DNA from: Lama guanicoe
Taxonomy: Eukaryota
Direction of reading: 5' to 3'
NCBI GenBank assembly: GCA_013239625.1
Contig: MU053758.1
Coordinates: 2,418,001-2,482,000, forward strand
DNA: 64,000 bases
Position 1 is the first letter of the stretch, and each line of letters opens with the position of its first letter. Below, piece by piece: positions 12,501 to 23,774 of this stretch. The translations under genes and the position numbers were made by a program. The notes below the pieces were generated by a model. That model had not been told where the DNA came from. It made no database searches and saw only the letters and a list, made by a program, of their open reading frames with translations.

Positions 12501-13094
12501 GATACTGGGCTCTCCACAGGCCCTGGCTGGGTGGCTGTTAAGCTCTTTGAGGTCTTTTGACACTGCACGCCTCGGCCAGCACAGGCACTGGAGGCCCCGG
12601 AGGCCCCTACGTTTGGCTTTTCCAGGTCCCAGCCCAGCGCTGAGGGAAGCTCACGTGCCCCTGGGACCAGCTCTGCCCTATCCTGGCTGTGGGGGGTTGC
12701 GGGCTCTGTGGGCAGGCCTCTCCGAGCTTCAGTCTCCTCCATCCCAGCCTCATCTCCACAGCTCCTGGTAGGGGGAGGACATGTGCAGAGGGGCCAGCGT
12801 GGGCCACTGCCAGCCGGGATTTGTTTCTTCTGGCCCGTCTGGATGGTCTGCAGGCCTGTTTGGTCTGCTGTCCTCCCTCCCTGAGCCAGATTCCACCTAG
12901 GCTGGCCAGCAGCAGTTCATGGGCCAAGACCAACCTCTTCCCTACCCAGAGCCTCTGCCTCCTGCCCGTCTGCAGATTCTCCATTAACCTGGGCATTAAC
13001 AGGGGTGCCAGAACAACCCCAGACCTGGCCTGAGGCCAGCTTACAGTCGGACAGAGCTCAAGACTGTGTTTCCTCCAAAGAAGAGGCAGGAATG

Positions 13095-13290
13095 TCATGT
13101 TAGCTGATCCTTACACAGAAGTCACTCTGTGCCAGGGACTGTTCCAGGCCATCATGTTTAATAAGTCACTTACTCCTTATAATACCTGTAGGAGGTAGGT
13201 GCTGTTGTTACCCCCATTTTACAGAGGAGAAAACTGAGGAACAGAGAGGTTCAGTGACTAGTAAGGTGGGAATCCAGGATTTGAACCTTC
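13095..13290 (-). mobile_element. MIR SINE
   Basis: CCCCATTTTACAGAGGAGAAAACTGAGG...GGATTTGAACC. Confidence 0.75.
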
Positions 13291-14324
13291 TCCTGGCTTG
13301 GCGTCCAGTTCTTTCTTGGCTTCACTGATTCCTGCTGATTTTTACTGAGTTAGGGACCCCTCGGGGAAGCCCCCATGGCCAGTGTGGGGCTCGAGCCAGC
13401 ATTTCCCAAGGAATGTAGCATGGGGGATGTGTTTAGAGCCTGTGTCCACTGTCTCCTCGGCCTCGGGAGAGGGTTTGGAGTTGCTGCACTGCTCAGAAGT
13501 GAGGATCATTTCTGGATATAGATGAGACTTGTTCCCTCCATCTCAGGGTCACAGAGCACAGCTTGTGGGATAAGCTCTAGCTGGAACTTGTACAGGTTGG
13601 CCCAGCCCTCCATCAGAAGTTGGGCGGAGGAAGGGGTGAGAGGACCCCAGAGGTGGCGGTGGTTATTGAGCACTTCCTCTGTGGTGCCAGGCACTACGCG
13701 CTCCCCATGCTTCACTGTCTCCTCTGATGCCTAGACAGCCCAGGCTCCATGCAGGTATCCCCAGTTTCCAGATGCAGCCTTGGAGGTTTGCCAAGCGAGT
13801 AAGGAGCATTGTTCACGTTGCAGATTTGCCTTGGCCAGGAAACGCCAGCCTGGAGCTGCAGAGGGGTGGCTGGAGTTTCCAGCCTGAGCTGTGACTGCTG
13901 CCTGGGAAGCACCCTGTCTGTGCCCCTGCCACCTAAGAACTGCGGAAATTGGGCCCTGGGTGGAGGTGGGTGTGGCTGGGAGGGGAGATGGGAGCTTGGA
14001 ACTGCAGGGGGCGCTGGGCACCAGAGAGAAGGGGTAGGATCAGAGATCAGTCCTGGCCTCCCCCCAAAAGCCTGTGCTCGGAGCTGGGACGGCACCCCAC
14101 CTCCCGCCCCACCCCCACCCTGGGAACACATTTGTCCAGAGCTGGAGTAACGTGGCCCGTAGTGCACGCAGATGGACTGGAGGCTTGGAGGGCTTGCGGA
14201 TGAATTGTGGAGCTCAGCTTTGAACTCAGGCCTTTGGGGGTGATATTATTACACGCCACCGTAGTGTATAACCCAGTGACACCGACATAAACGCTGGCCC
14301 TAGAAGGTAGTAATTATTGCTGCC

Positions 14325-14412
14325 TTTTTTATTGTGGTAAAGTACACATGGCATAACATTTACCATCGGAGCCGTTTTTCAGTGGGCAGTCTAAGGCATT
14401 AAGTATATTATT
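14325..14412 (-). mobile_element. Old L1 (L1M-type) 3' tip, reverse orientation
   Basis: TTTTTATTGTGGTAAAGTACACATGGCATAACATTTACCAT...GGCATTAAGTATATT resembles an L1M terminus. Confidence 0.6.
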
Positions 14413-17400
14413 GTTCCCTTTATTTAATGCAACTGAAGAAACCGAGCTAGCGTGTCCTGGGGCAAGTAAGAGAAGGCCTGGGATGGCGTGAGGGGCCTCC
14501 GCCTTTGTCCTGGGAGCTTTCCCTGGGTCCAGAGACCTGCCTTGCCTGCTCCTCTAGGATGAGAAAACCTCCAGTTTCCTCCCTCCTTCCCTCCCTCTCT
14601 CCCCAAGCCTCAGCAGCTCAGCTTCTACAAGCACATCAAGTGTCAAGTCTGCAGCCAGCCCAGGCGGACTCCTTCCTGCTGCCCGTGCTGTCCCACTCCT
14701 GACACCTCTGAAGGCACTGGTAGGGGGCGGTGACAACAGGCAGTGGGCTTGGCAAGGGGGGTTGCTGCTCCCGGGGGCTAGTTCCTGCCTCCCGTCGTCA
14801 GAAGGGCGGGCGCAGCTGGTGGAGGCCAGGCGTGGCTGCTCTGTTGGCCGCCGCCGCCTTCCATCCTCTGGGGCCAGAGGCCCGAGAACAGGTGCTCTGG
14901 GGACTGTCGAGGGCAGTTCCAGGCCAAGGCAATTTTCACCTCACAGACTGGCAGGTGGTCTGATGGGGCTCAAGAGCCTTCTGAAGTCATCTGAGCCAGC
15001 GGTTTTCAGACCACGCCAAGGAGGTGCCTCGGGTGACCCTGGCAGGAGTTTGAGGAAAGACTGATTGGGGGGACTCTCTGAGGTCACTTCCTGTGGCAGG
15101 ACCCACAACAGTCCTGTTTTTATCTGTTGTATATTGAGGTTCCAAGTAAAATTTTTTGCTTGTTTAAGTTTTTCTTGCTTAAAAAGCCACAGACCTTTTT
15201 CCCAGGTGGAGAAATGAAGATTCGGCAAGAAAGACTTGCCCAAAGTCACCTGGGATTAGTGGTTGCCCCAAAACTCGGGCTCAGGTCTCAAATTCTGACC
15301 GGTGCTCTTTCTGCTTCACAAGCTCTTGCTTGTCCGGACTCTCTTGTAGGGGAGGGTGATACAGAACCCCTCTATTTCTGACTCTTGGCCGGTTGTCCCT
15401 ACCTTCAGAGCCCTGGGGCTCGACTCCCACACCCCCCACCCCGGCATCTGCAGCTGTTCCCGGCTCCCCCCCAACACGTCTGCTCTCAGCCCCCATCTGT
15501 GTCTCTTGCTTCCACAGGGATGTCTGGGTGTATGAGTGTCAGTGCTGTTGCCACTCTGAGTGTGTCTCACACCCAAGCTGCTGCCACCCAAGTCCTGTCC
15601 CCAGAGGGGGAGGGAGAAGGCCAGGGGGAAAGACAGATAGATCCGGGAGCCAACTGGGAGTGGGGAAGCCACAGCGCCCCACAGTGAGATTAAGAAGAGG
15701 GAGAGAGAGAGGGAGTGAAGGCAGGTAGAAAAGAGAAGGCGAAAGAGAAACAGAGGAGATTGGATAAGTGGAGAGAGTCTGATCTGTTGGGGGTGGAGAA
15801 AGAGGCTCACAGCTGGGAGAGGGATGGAGTGAAAGACCCAGAGGGGGTGAAATAAAGACAGCATGGGAGAGGGGTACAGAGACACTTCCAAAGGAAGGTA
15901 GAGAGGTAGTCTGTGAGGGACACAGGAAAGAGGAGGAGAGAGGGAGGTAGGGCTGGCAGGAGACAAGAGGGCAATTAGAGACAAGGAAATGTCACCTGCC
16001 CTGGAGCTGTGGCCCTGTCACAGTGAGGGATGCATGGAGCGTGCAGTCTGGCACCAGATCCGGCTGATGGATATTGGGAGGTCCCATTGCCAGTGGCCTG
16101 TCACATCCCCTCTTCTGACTGCCTTCTTCCAGAGCTGGGCCCAGTTTGCCTTCAGTACCCTCCAGATGAACCTGTCACAGGGACCTCAAGAATGTGGTAG
16201 TCGGGGGTGGCCTTGGGCTGGTACCTCTGCTGAGAACAGTCAGCTCCTATCCATTGGGTTTGCCCAGAGGCAGAGGCATGGGCGAGCTGGCTTGCTCAGA
16301 AGCTCCTGCTGGCCACAGACTGGGGGCTTGTTTTGGACTTAGTAGATGGAGGGGATCATGGAAAGTAGCAGACTTAGCAAAGGTATGGACAGGACGGAGA
16401 ATTGGGAGGGGAGATTTTTCACATCTTGCCTTCCCAGGATCACGGATAGAGATCTAGGGGTCTCCTCCTGGCCCCTGGTGCTGGCGTGGGAGAGGGCTCA
16501 GGGAGACTCTTGATTGAGTCCCAGAAGCCCAGGACCCACCAGACTGAGTCAGCTCCTTTCTGGCTCCAGACTAAACCTTTCCTTCCCCCGCCCAGGGGAC
16601 ACAGTGCTGCTGCCAGCAAATTGGTGGAACAGAAGCCTAATGAAACAGAGACCTTAGGTCTGGGGGCTGCATGGCAGGGAGGGAGTGCTCTGGGAGCCCC
16701 CTTTGCCTCTAAGGGTCATGAGGATTTCAGCCTCGTGGATGCATAAGCAGTTACGGGATGGGTAAGTCCACTCACCTCTCAGAGCCTTGGCTGTCTCATC
16801 TGAAGAATAGGCGTGGGCGTGAAAGGCACTGTGGGCACAGTGTTCTGTGCACTCTGGAGCCCAGGGTGAGCCTTGGGTAGTGGCTGGTCTGTCCTCGTTC
16901 TCTCTTTAGGTTTTGCCCTGGTCCTCTCTGCTGTGTAGTTTGGAGCTGAGGGCCAGGAGACCCTCTGGGTCATCCATTTATTCAGCAATTATTCAGCACC
17001 CATTAGGCGCCAGCATTAACCAAGTCGGGGAAAGGCCTGCCTGGTGGAGTTTGCAGAACTATCAGTAAGATGGTTTCAGATGGTGAGAGTTCCCTGAAGA
17101 AGGTAAAGCCCCGTACCGTAACCGGGACTGGGGACAGGAGGGTGGGAGGCTCCGAGGAGAGGGCTTTGGAGCTGCCACCTGAAAGGACTGGAAAGAGCAC
17201 TCCACACAGCGGGTAGACCTGGGTCTCAGGCCCCCAAGGCAGGACTGGGCTGCCACATGTAGGGACCTAAAAGGCCAGGGTGGCTGTCCAGTCAGTCGGG
17301 GCCTGGCCTTGTGAGAGGTGCCAGGCCCTGTGAGAGGAGTGCTAAGAGGAGCCGGGCAGAGCCACGTCCTTCCGGGCCATGCGGAGGGTGCTGACCCTCA

Positions 17401-18136
17401 GCCCAGCGGGGAGCCTTTGAAAGGTTGTAAGCCGGAAAGGCAGGATCCGCTTTATGTTCAGAAAAGCTTTCTCTGGCTGTCAGTGTGGAGAAGTGGTTGT
17501 TGCAGGGTGACAGAGGCAGCCTGGAGACGCGTGCATTAGGAGCAAGTCGGGCGGCTGAGGGAGAGATGGTGCTGGTTGGGGCTGAGGTGGGGGTGGCAGG
17601 GGCATAGCTAGAGAGAAGGGACCAAGACGTCTCCCTCCATCCTGCCTTCCCCGTCCTAGCTTGGAGCTCTCAGAGACACTGCTCTAGGAAGTCCCTCCCA
17701 GTTGCCATGGATCAGGGGGTGGGAGGGTAGGGCTGGCTGCTGGGAGGGAATGTGGCTTTGTGCTGGAAAACAAAGAACAGAGCTTGGGGCCGTCTTCTCC
17801 TGGAGGTGGGGGCAGGCCCAGAGGCTGTTGACAGGACCACAGGCTGAGCCACAGGGCAGGGCTTGGCAGGAGCAAACAGTGCCCCCAGGCATCGGGGATT
17901 CCAGAGCCCTTCTACGGTGAAACATGGGGCCACAGGGAAATTGGGCAGAGGGGGCCCTGGGCCTTGGGGCTAGGACAGGGAGGGGGCATCTGTGTTGGGA
18001 GTAAGTGGGATCCCTGGGGACTGTGTGTGAAGGGAAGAGGGCCCTGAGGTTTGTGAGCTGACCCAGCCACCCTGCCTTCCCTGCAGCCCTGCCGCTGAGG
18101 CCCAGACCTCCCGCCCTGAAGTGGGGACCGGCCAGG

Positions 18137-21100
18137 ATGAGCAAGCCTTCTGGGGAATTGGCCCACAACCTGGAGCGCAGCCTGCCAGCCGTGGCCTCCC
18201 TAGGCTCGTCACTGTCACAGAGCCAGAGCCTCTCCTCGCACTTCCTCCCGCCGCCGCCAGAGAAGCGCCGGGCTATCTCTGACGTCCGGCGCACCTTCTG
18301 TCTCTTTGTCACCTTCGACCTGCTCTTCATCTCCCTGCTCTGGATCATTGAGCTGAACGTGAGTAGGGCGGAGGCTGGGGGCGCAGGCTGTGTTGAGGGA
18401 GTTGCCTGGGCCTCAGTGACTCCATTTGCTGTATGGGGGGTGGCCTGGGGAGGGGGTTGATTTCCAGGTAAAATGAAGATGAGAAAGTAAGAGAGCAGTT
18501 CTCATTTTCCAGAGAAAGTATATGGGGCTCAGAGGGGTTGAATCATTTATCTGAAGTCTCTCAGTAAGTATGTAAAGGAGTCAGGGTTTGAACCCAGACC
18601 CTCCTGCTCCAGAGGTCACTCTCTGACCTCTGTGCCAATACTGCCCTCTCGTGGACACTCTTGAGAAAGGAGAAGAGCGCCCAGAGGGCCTTGGCTGAGC
18701 TATTGAATAACTTTTGTCTTCTTTCTGCCCTCTCTAGCTTCATTCATTCATTCATCAGCAAACGTTTTTTGAACCCCTGCTGTGTCCCAGGCACTGTGCT
18801 AAAAGCACAGGGTAGAATAGGGAGCAGCGAGTAAAAACTCCAGTTCCTAGTGGCTCCAAGCTCTCCATCCCCATTTTGGGCACTCCTCCAGTGCCCCCCA
18901 GTTTGCCCTCTTGGGTTTGGTGAGATGCCACCTAGCAGTCCGGAGACAAAGCTGCTTGTCAGGGCAGGTCTTGTGCAGTGCTTGGCCAGCTGGCCGTGGG
19001 GGTCTCATCTCTGGGAGCTGACAGGGCAGAGCAGGACCTGACACAGAGGCAGGAGCCATGGGAACAGGGCATCCCAGGCTTGGTCCTGTCCCGGCTTCTC
19101 CTCTATGGTAATTGAGTCCCACCTCAGCAAGGGACTCAGCCTGTCTGAGCCTCCCCATCTTTCCCCTTTATGCAAAGTGAGGCAGAGTTCTGGATGGCAG
19201 GTGCCCTTCCTCCGGGTCTCAAGCTCAGGTGTCAGGAAAACAATGACTCTGTTGCTGAAAATGAGTTTGGAGAAGGGGCCAGTTTAGGGTTGAAGAGGAT
19301 AAGTTGGATTGTGGGCATGTCGAGCTGGAGGGGAGGGCAGGGCTCTGAGGGTGACTGTCCTTTGTGCACAGAGATGAACTGGCACCTTCAGTGAGTGGAG
19401 CCACAATCACGGAGGACCTTAGGGACCATTTAACTAATGAAAGAACTGAGGCCCAACAAGGTTTGGGGCCATTTGAAGAGCTTCCGAGGTCTTAGACTTT
19501 CTTTTGAAGGTTCCATCCAGCATCAAAGCAAGCTCTAAAATTCATCCCCATCCTTCATTCAATATATATTTTCTTGCCGGAAAAGAGCTGAAAATTTTTG
19601 ATAATTTTACTTTTGAAATTCTCTGACTGTATTGACTGTAATAGCTCAGCTATCATCATGTAGACTTGCAAATTCTTGCAAACTGAGAAAAATCTAACTT
19701 CCAAATTGTTTTCAAACATGATGAAAAGTTTCAGAATGCCAGATAACAGTATTAACAGAATTAGCATAATGTTTAACTTGGGAGATACTTAACTAAAATT
19801 TTATTAATTTCCGATTTTGTCACTTTATTTTTGTATTTAGGAGCATATATATTTTTAGTTTTCTAACAGACTGTGTGTTGCCCAGTGGATACAAGGACCC
19901 TCTCTGGTCTGGATACAAGACCCTCGCAAGGTCTTGCAGCCAGAGCTTAGCAAAGGAGGGGCTGGAACTCCGCTGTCCTGAGTCCTGACACAGTCGGTGC
20001 AAGCGGGTACCCGGGCAGAGAAAGAGTTCTCTGAAAAGAGAAAAAGGTGGAAAACAGAGCTTTGCTAGGGGTGGGAGAGGCTGTGGAGCCCAAAAGGGCA
20101 GTCTGAGGAATAAGAGGAGGGCCAGGCTGGGGTGGGGTGGGGTGTCAGGCCAAGGGCAGGGGGGCGTTGGACTCCAGGGGGCTCAGAGTGGTCCTAAGGT
20201 AGAAGCACGTGGTGAAGATGTGTCAGAGGCTCAAGTGTCAGTGAGGAGATGTCCAGACTGCTGGCTCCTGTCCTGAGCATCAGAATCACCTGGGAGCTTT
20301 ATAACGATTCCAGATGCTCAGCTCACCTTGAGATTCAGACCCAGTAGTCTGAACAGCTGTGTCTTTAACAAGTTCCCCCCACCGCCCCCTCCCCAACTTG
20401 GATCATCTGCCAGGGATTAGAAGCCCCAGTCTAGGAGGTTATGAAGGGTCTTCCCCTCAGGACTCCTGGGCTCCATTCCCCTTGTGTCCCTGATTCTCCG
20501 GGGGCTGGTGCCCCCACCTGCAGAGGCATAGGCCTGCCAGCCCATTCCTGCTGAGGCATCAAGCTGCAGTCTAGTTCTCGGTGTCCATCCAGACCCTCAC
20601 TCCCCAGCCAGGGACTCGGGGATCCCATTGAAAATATGTGGTTGGCTGATGCAGAGGCAAGGACCAGTCTGCTCACTCTCCACTCCCTCGTCTCTAGCAG
20701 CGTGATGGATTTTGCCCATTAAGCACAAACCTAATCAATTGATTTGCCACCTGGGGCTCTGTCTGACTGCCCACTGCCCACCCCCGGCCCCATCACCCCA
20801 GATGGATGGTTGGCTGGGAAGATGGAGCACCGCAGTGGTGGGAGGGAGATAAAATTATGTGAGAGGCAAGCTCCCAGCCCCGTGTCTGCCAGCCCTACCT
20901 ACCTGCATGGGGCGTCTTGCCTCCCCTGCACAGCCCCAAGGCCCTCCAGGCTTATCCCTTTCTGGGCACTGGGCCCATGAGTGTCAGAGTCTCTACTCAG
21001 CCCTGCCCGCCTGGGCTGCCTGGATCCTTAGAGGAACATTATGAGTGCTGGGGGTCTCAGGCCTCTGGCTGCCCACCCCCCTCTCCCCCACTATGCCTCC

Positions 21101-23730
21101 GGAGCCTCCTTGGGTGGTAGCTTAGCATTTACAGCCTCTCCTCCAGGTTCCACCCTGCCGCTGCCTCCTCCTCTCCAGCAGGATGAGGGGCAGACCTGGG
21201 GACTTGGTTCTGCTTGTAGAGCTATTCCTATCTCCCTCCTCCAGACCAACACAGGCATCCAGAAGAACCTGGAGCAGGAGATCATCCACTACAGCTTTAA
21301 AACTTCCTTCTTTGACATCTTTGTGAGTGGCCTTGGGGAGTCTGGGGGCAAAGAGGGCAGGGGGATGTGACTCTTCAGCTGTCTTCTCTTCTTCCTGCAA
21401 CACACATCCTACTCTGATCAGGGAGACTTGGCTTCCATCTCATTGTTTAAGCAGGTTCCTAAATGAGGCCCCAGCTTCAGAGAACCCGAAGTGGGAGGGG
21501 TGGACAAGACCCCTGTCCAATAAGGTCACTTTCAAGTCCTCCACAAAGAAAACACTGACTCGGCCATTCTCTCCTGGGGCGTGCACACCATGTGGAGGGA
21601 TCCTGGTGGGGCAGGACTGGAGGGGAGGCCAGCCTCTAGCAGAGGTAGGACGATTGGCTTGTCTGTGATGGCTCCCCCTCCCACTCCACCCCCTCGCCAG
21701 GTCCTGGCCTTCTTCCGCTTTTCCGGACTGCTCCTGGGCTATGCTGTGCTGCGGCTCCGGCACTGGTGGGTGATTGCGGTAAGATGCCACTTTCCTGGCA
21801 GCTCTCGGGCCCTGGCAGGGCTAGTGCAAGAGATGAGATGGAGGAGGACTCACTACCCAGCCTCTGTGTTTGCTCTCTCCTTTCTTCCCTCCCCTGGGCA
21901 GGTCACCACGCTGGTGTCCAGTGCATTCCTCATTGTCAAGGTCATCCTCTCTGAGGTCAGTGGCTCAGGGTCTGGCTGGTCTGGTGGGCATCTGGCCTGA
22001 GGGATGGGCTTCTTCCTAGGAGAGAGTTCTCTGATTTTGGGTGTCTGTCCCTATTGTCAGGGTCGGGGTGAGAGGAAACTCTGACCTTAGATATTTCTAA
22101 GGACTCATCTTCACTGGTGTTCCCCACTTGCCCGCTGCAACCCCAAGAGCAGAAAGTTCCTCCTTCAGTCTAATCTCAGTTTATCCTGCTGCAGAATTCA
22201 TTAATCTATCCATCTCAGAGGCATGTGCCACAGAGGGTCCCTAAGCAGCTGGTACCAGGAGTGGGGTGTATGCCAGAGTTCGTAGCCCCAGGGTGGGACT
22301 TTGGGTTTGGGGTGACCCCCTGCCTTGGAGCTCAGCCCCCTTCCTCCACAGCTGCTCAGCAAAGGGGCATTTGGCTACTTGCTTCCCATCGTCTCCTTTG
22401 TCCTTGCCTGGTTGGAGACCTGGTTCCTTGACTTCAAAGTCCTACCCCAGGAAGCCGAGGAGGAGCGATGTGAGTGCCGGGGGGTGAGGGGATACAGTAA
22501 GGGTCAAGAGAGGAGAGTTTCAGGCATGAGAGTGAGTTCTGAGCTGTCTTGCCGACTCTGCCTCCAAGAGCCTTAGGGTGAACCTGGGCCGGGGACCTCG
22601 GCTGCTAAGGCACAACTGTGCTTGTCTGGGGACACTGGCTGCCTGTGTCTGCTCCCCCAGGGTATCTTGCTGCCCAGGCTGCAGTCGCCCGAGGACCCCT
22701 GCTCTTCTCCGGTGCTCTGTCCGAGGGCCAGTTCTATTCACCCCCAGAATCCTTTGCAGGTGAGGGCTGGTGGGTGGGGGAACTGCCTTCAAGGAGGGGC
22801 TTTACGAGGAGTCGGTTGGCTGGGTCTGTTCTTTCTATTCCTTCTATCAGCTCCCTGGGGAGAGTGAGCAGCCCTCTCCCATACACACTTTTATCCCCCC
22901 ACATCACTGCTCTTGTACCCGCACCCCACTGCCTCCCCACACTCTCTCCCCATCTCTTCCCGTTGTCATCTGTGCTGGTTTTCTGCAGGGTCTGATAACG
23001 AATCAGACGAAGAAGTTGTTGGGAAGAAAAGCTTCTCTGCCCAGGTATTTGGCTGTCTGTCCCCACCCCGGGTGGGCATCCCAGAGAAGGGCCAGTGCTG
23101 GGCTCTGCCCAGGTGGTCAGGGGCTTCCCAGCAGAGGGTAGACCGTAGGCAGCCTGAAGGCCAGTCTGTCCATCTGAGTGTTTGCCCCGCTGTCGGTCAG
23201 GCCCACTGGTCTGCTTCCTGCCTGGGGCCCAGGTAGGGGTGGCGGGAGCAGCTACAGTCCCAGGAACCCTGTAGGGCCCAGCAGACCAGCCGAGACCCCA
23301 CATCTGGCTGCGTCAGGCTTCCTTAAGAGATGTGTGGAGTGTCTAGAGCAAGACTGGGCCATGACCAGCTAGGGTGCAGACCCCAGGCTGAGCCTTTCCT
23401 GCCTCCCATCCCTGGCCAGGAGCGGGAGTACATCCACCAGGGGAAGGAGGCCATGGCAGTGGTGGACCAGATCTTGGCCCAGGAGGAGAACTGGAAGTTT
23501 GAGAAGAATAATGTAAGCGACCTCTTCCTGCCTGCCCTGCCCACATGTGTTGAGAGTTGTCTTGTGGGGAGTTTTCACTCCCTTTTCTGAGGCCTGAGAA
23601 ACAAGCCCAAGAACTGCGTGGGTAGGAACCATATTCCTGCCCCAGGAGAGGAGGCTGGATCCTGGGGTCGGCCACTTGGCTGGACTGGATTGGATGTTTC
23701 CACTGCCTCTCCTCCTGCTTCCACTCTCCG

Positions 23731-23774
<44 letters not shown>

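Noticed and set aside
17656..18348. 230-aa minus-strand ORF
   Set aside because: Antisense shadow of STARD3 exon 2 plus GC-rich intron, with no recognisable protein features.
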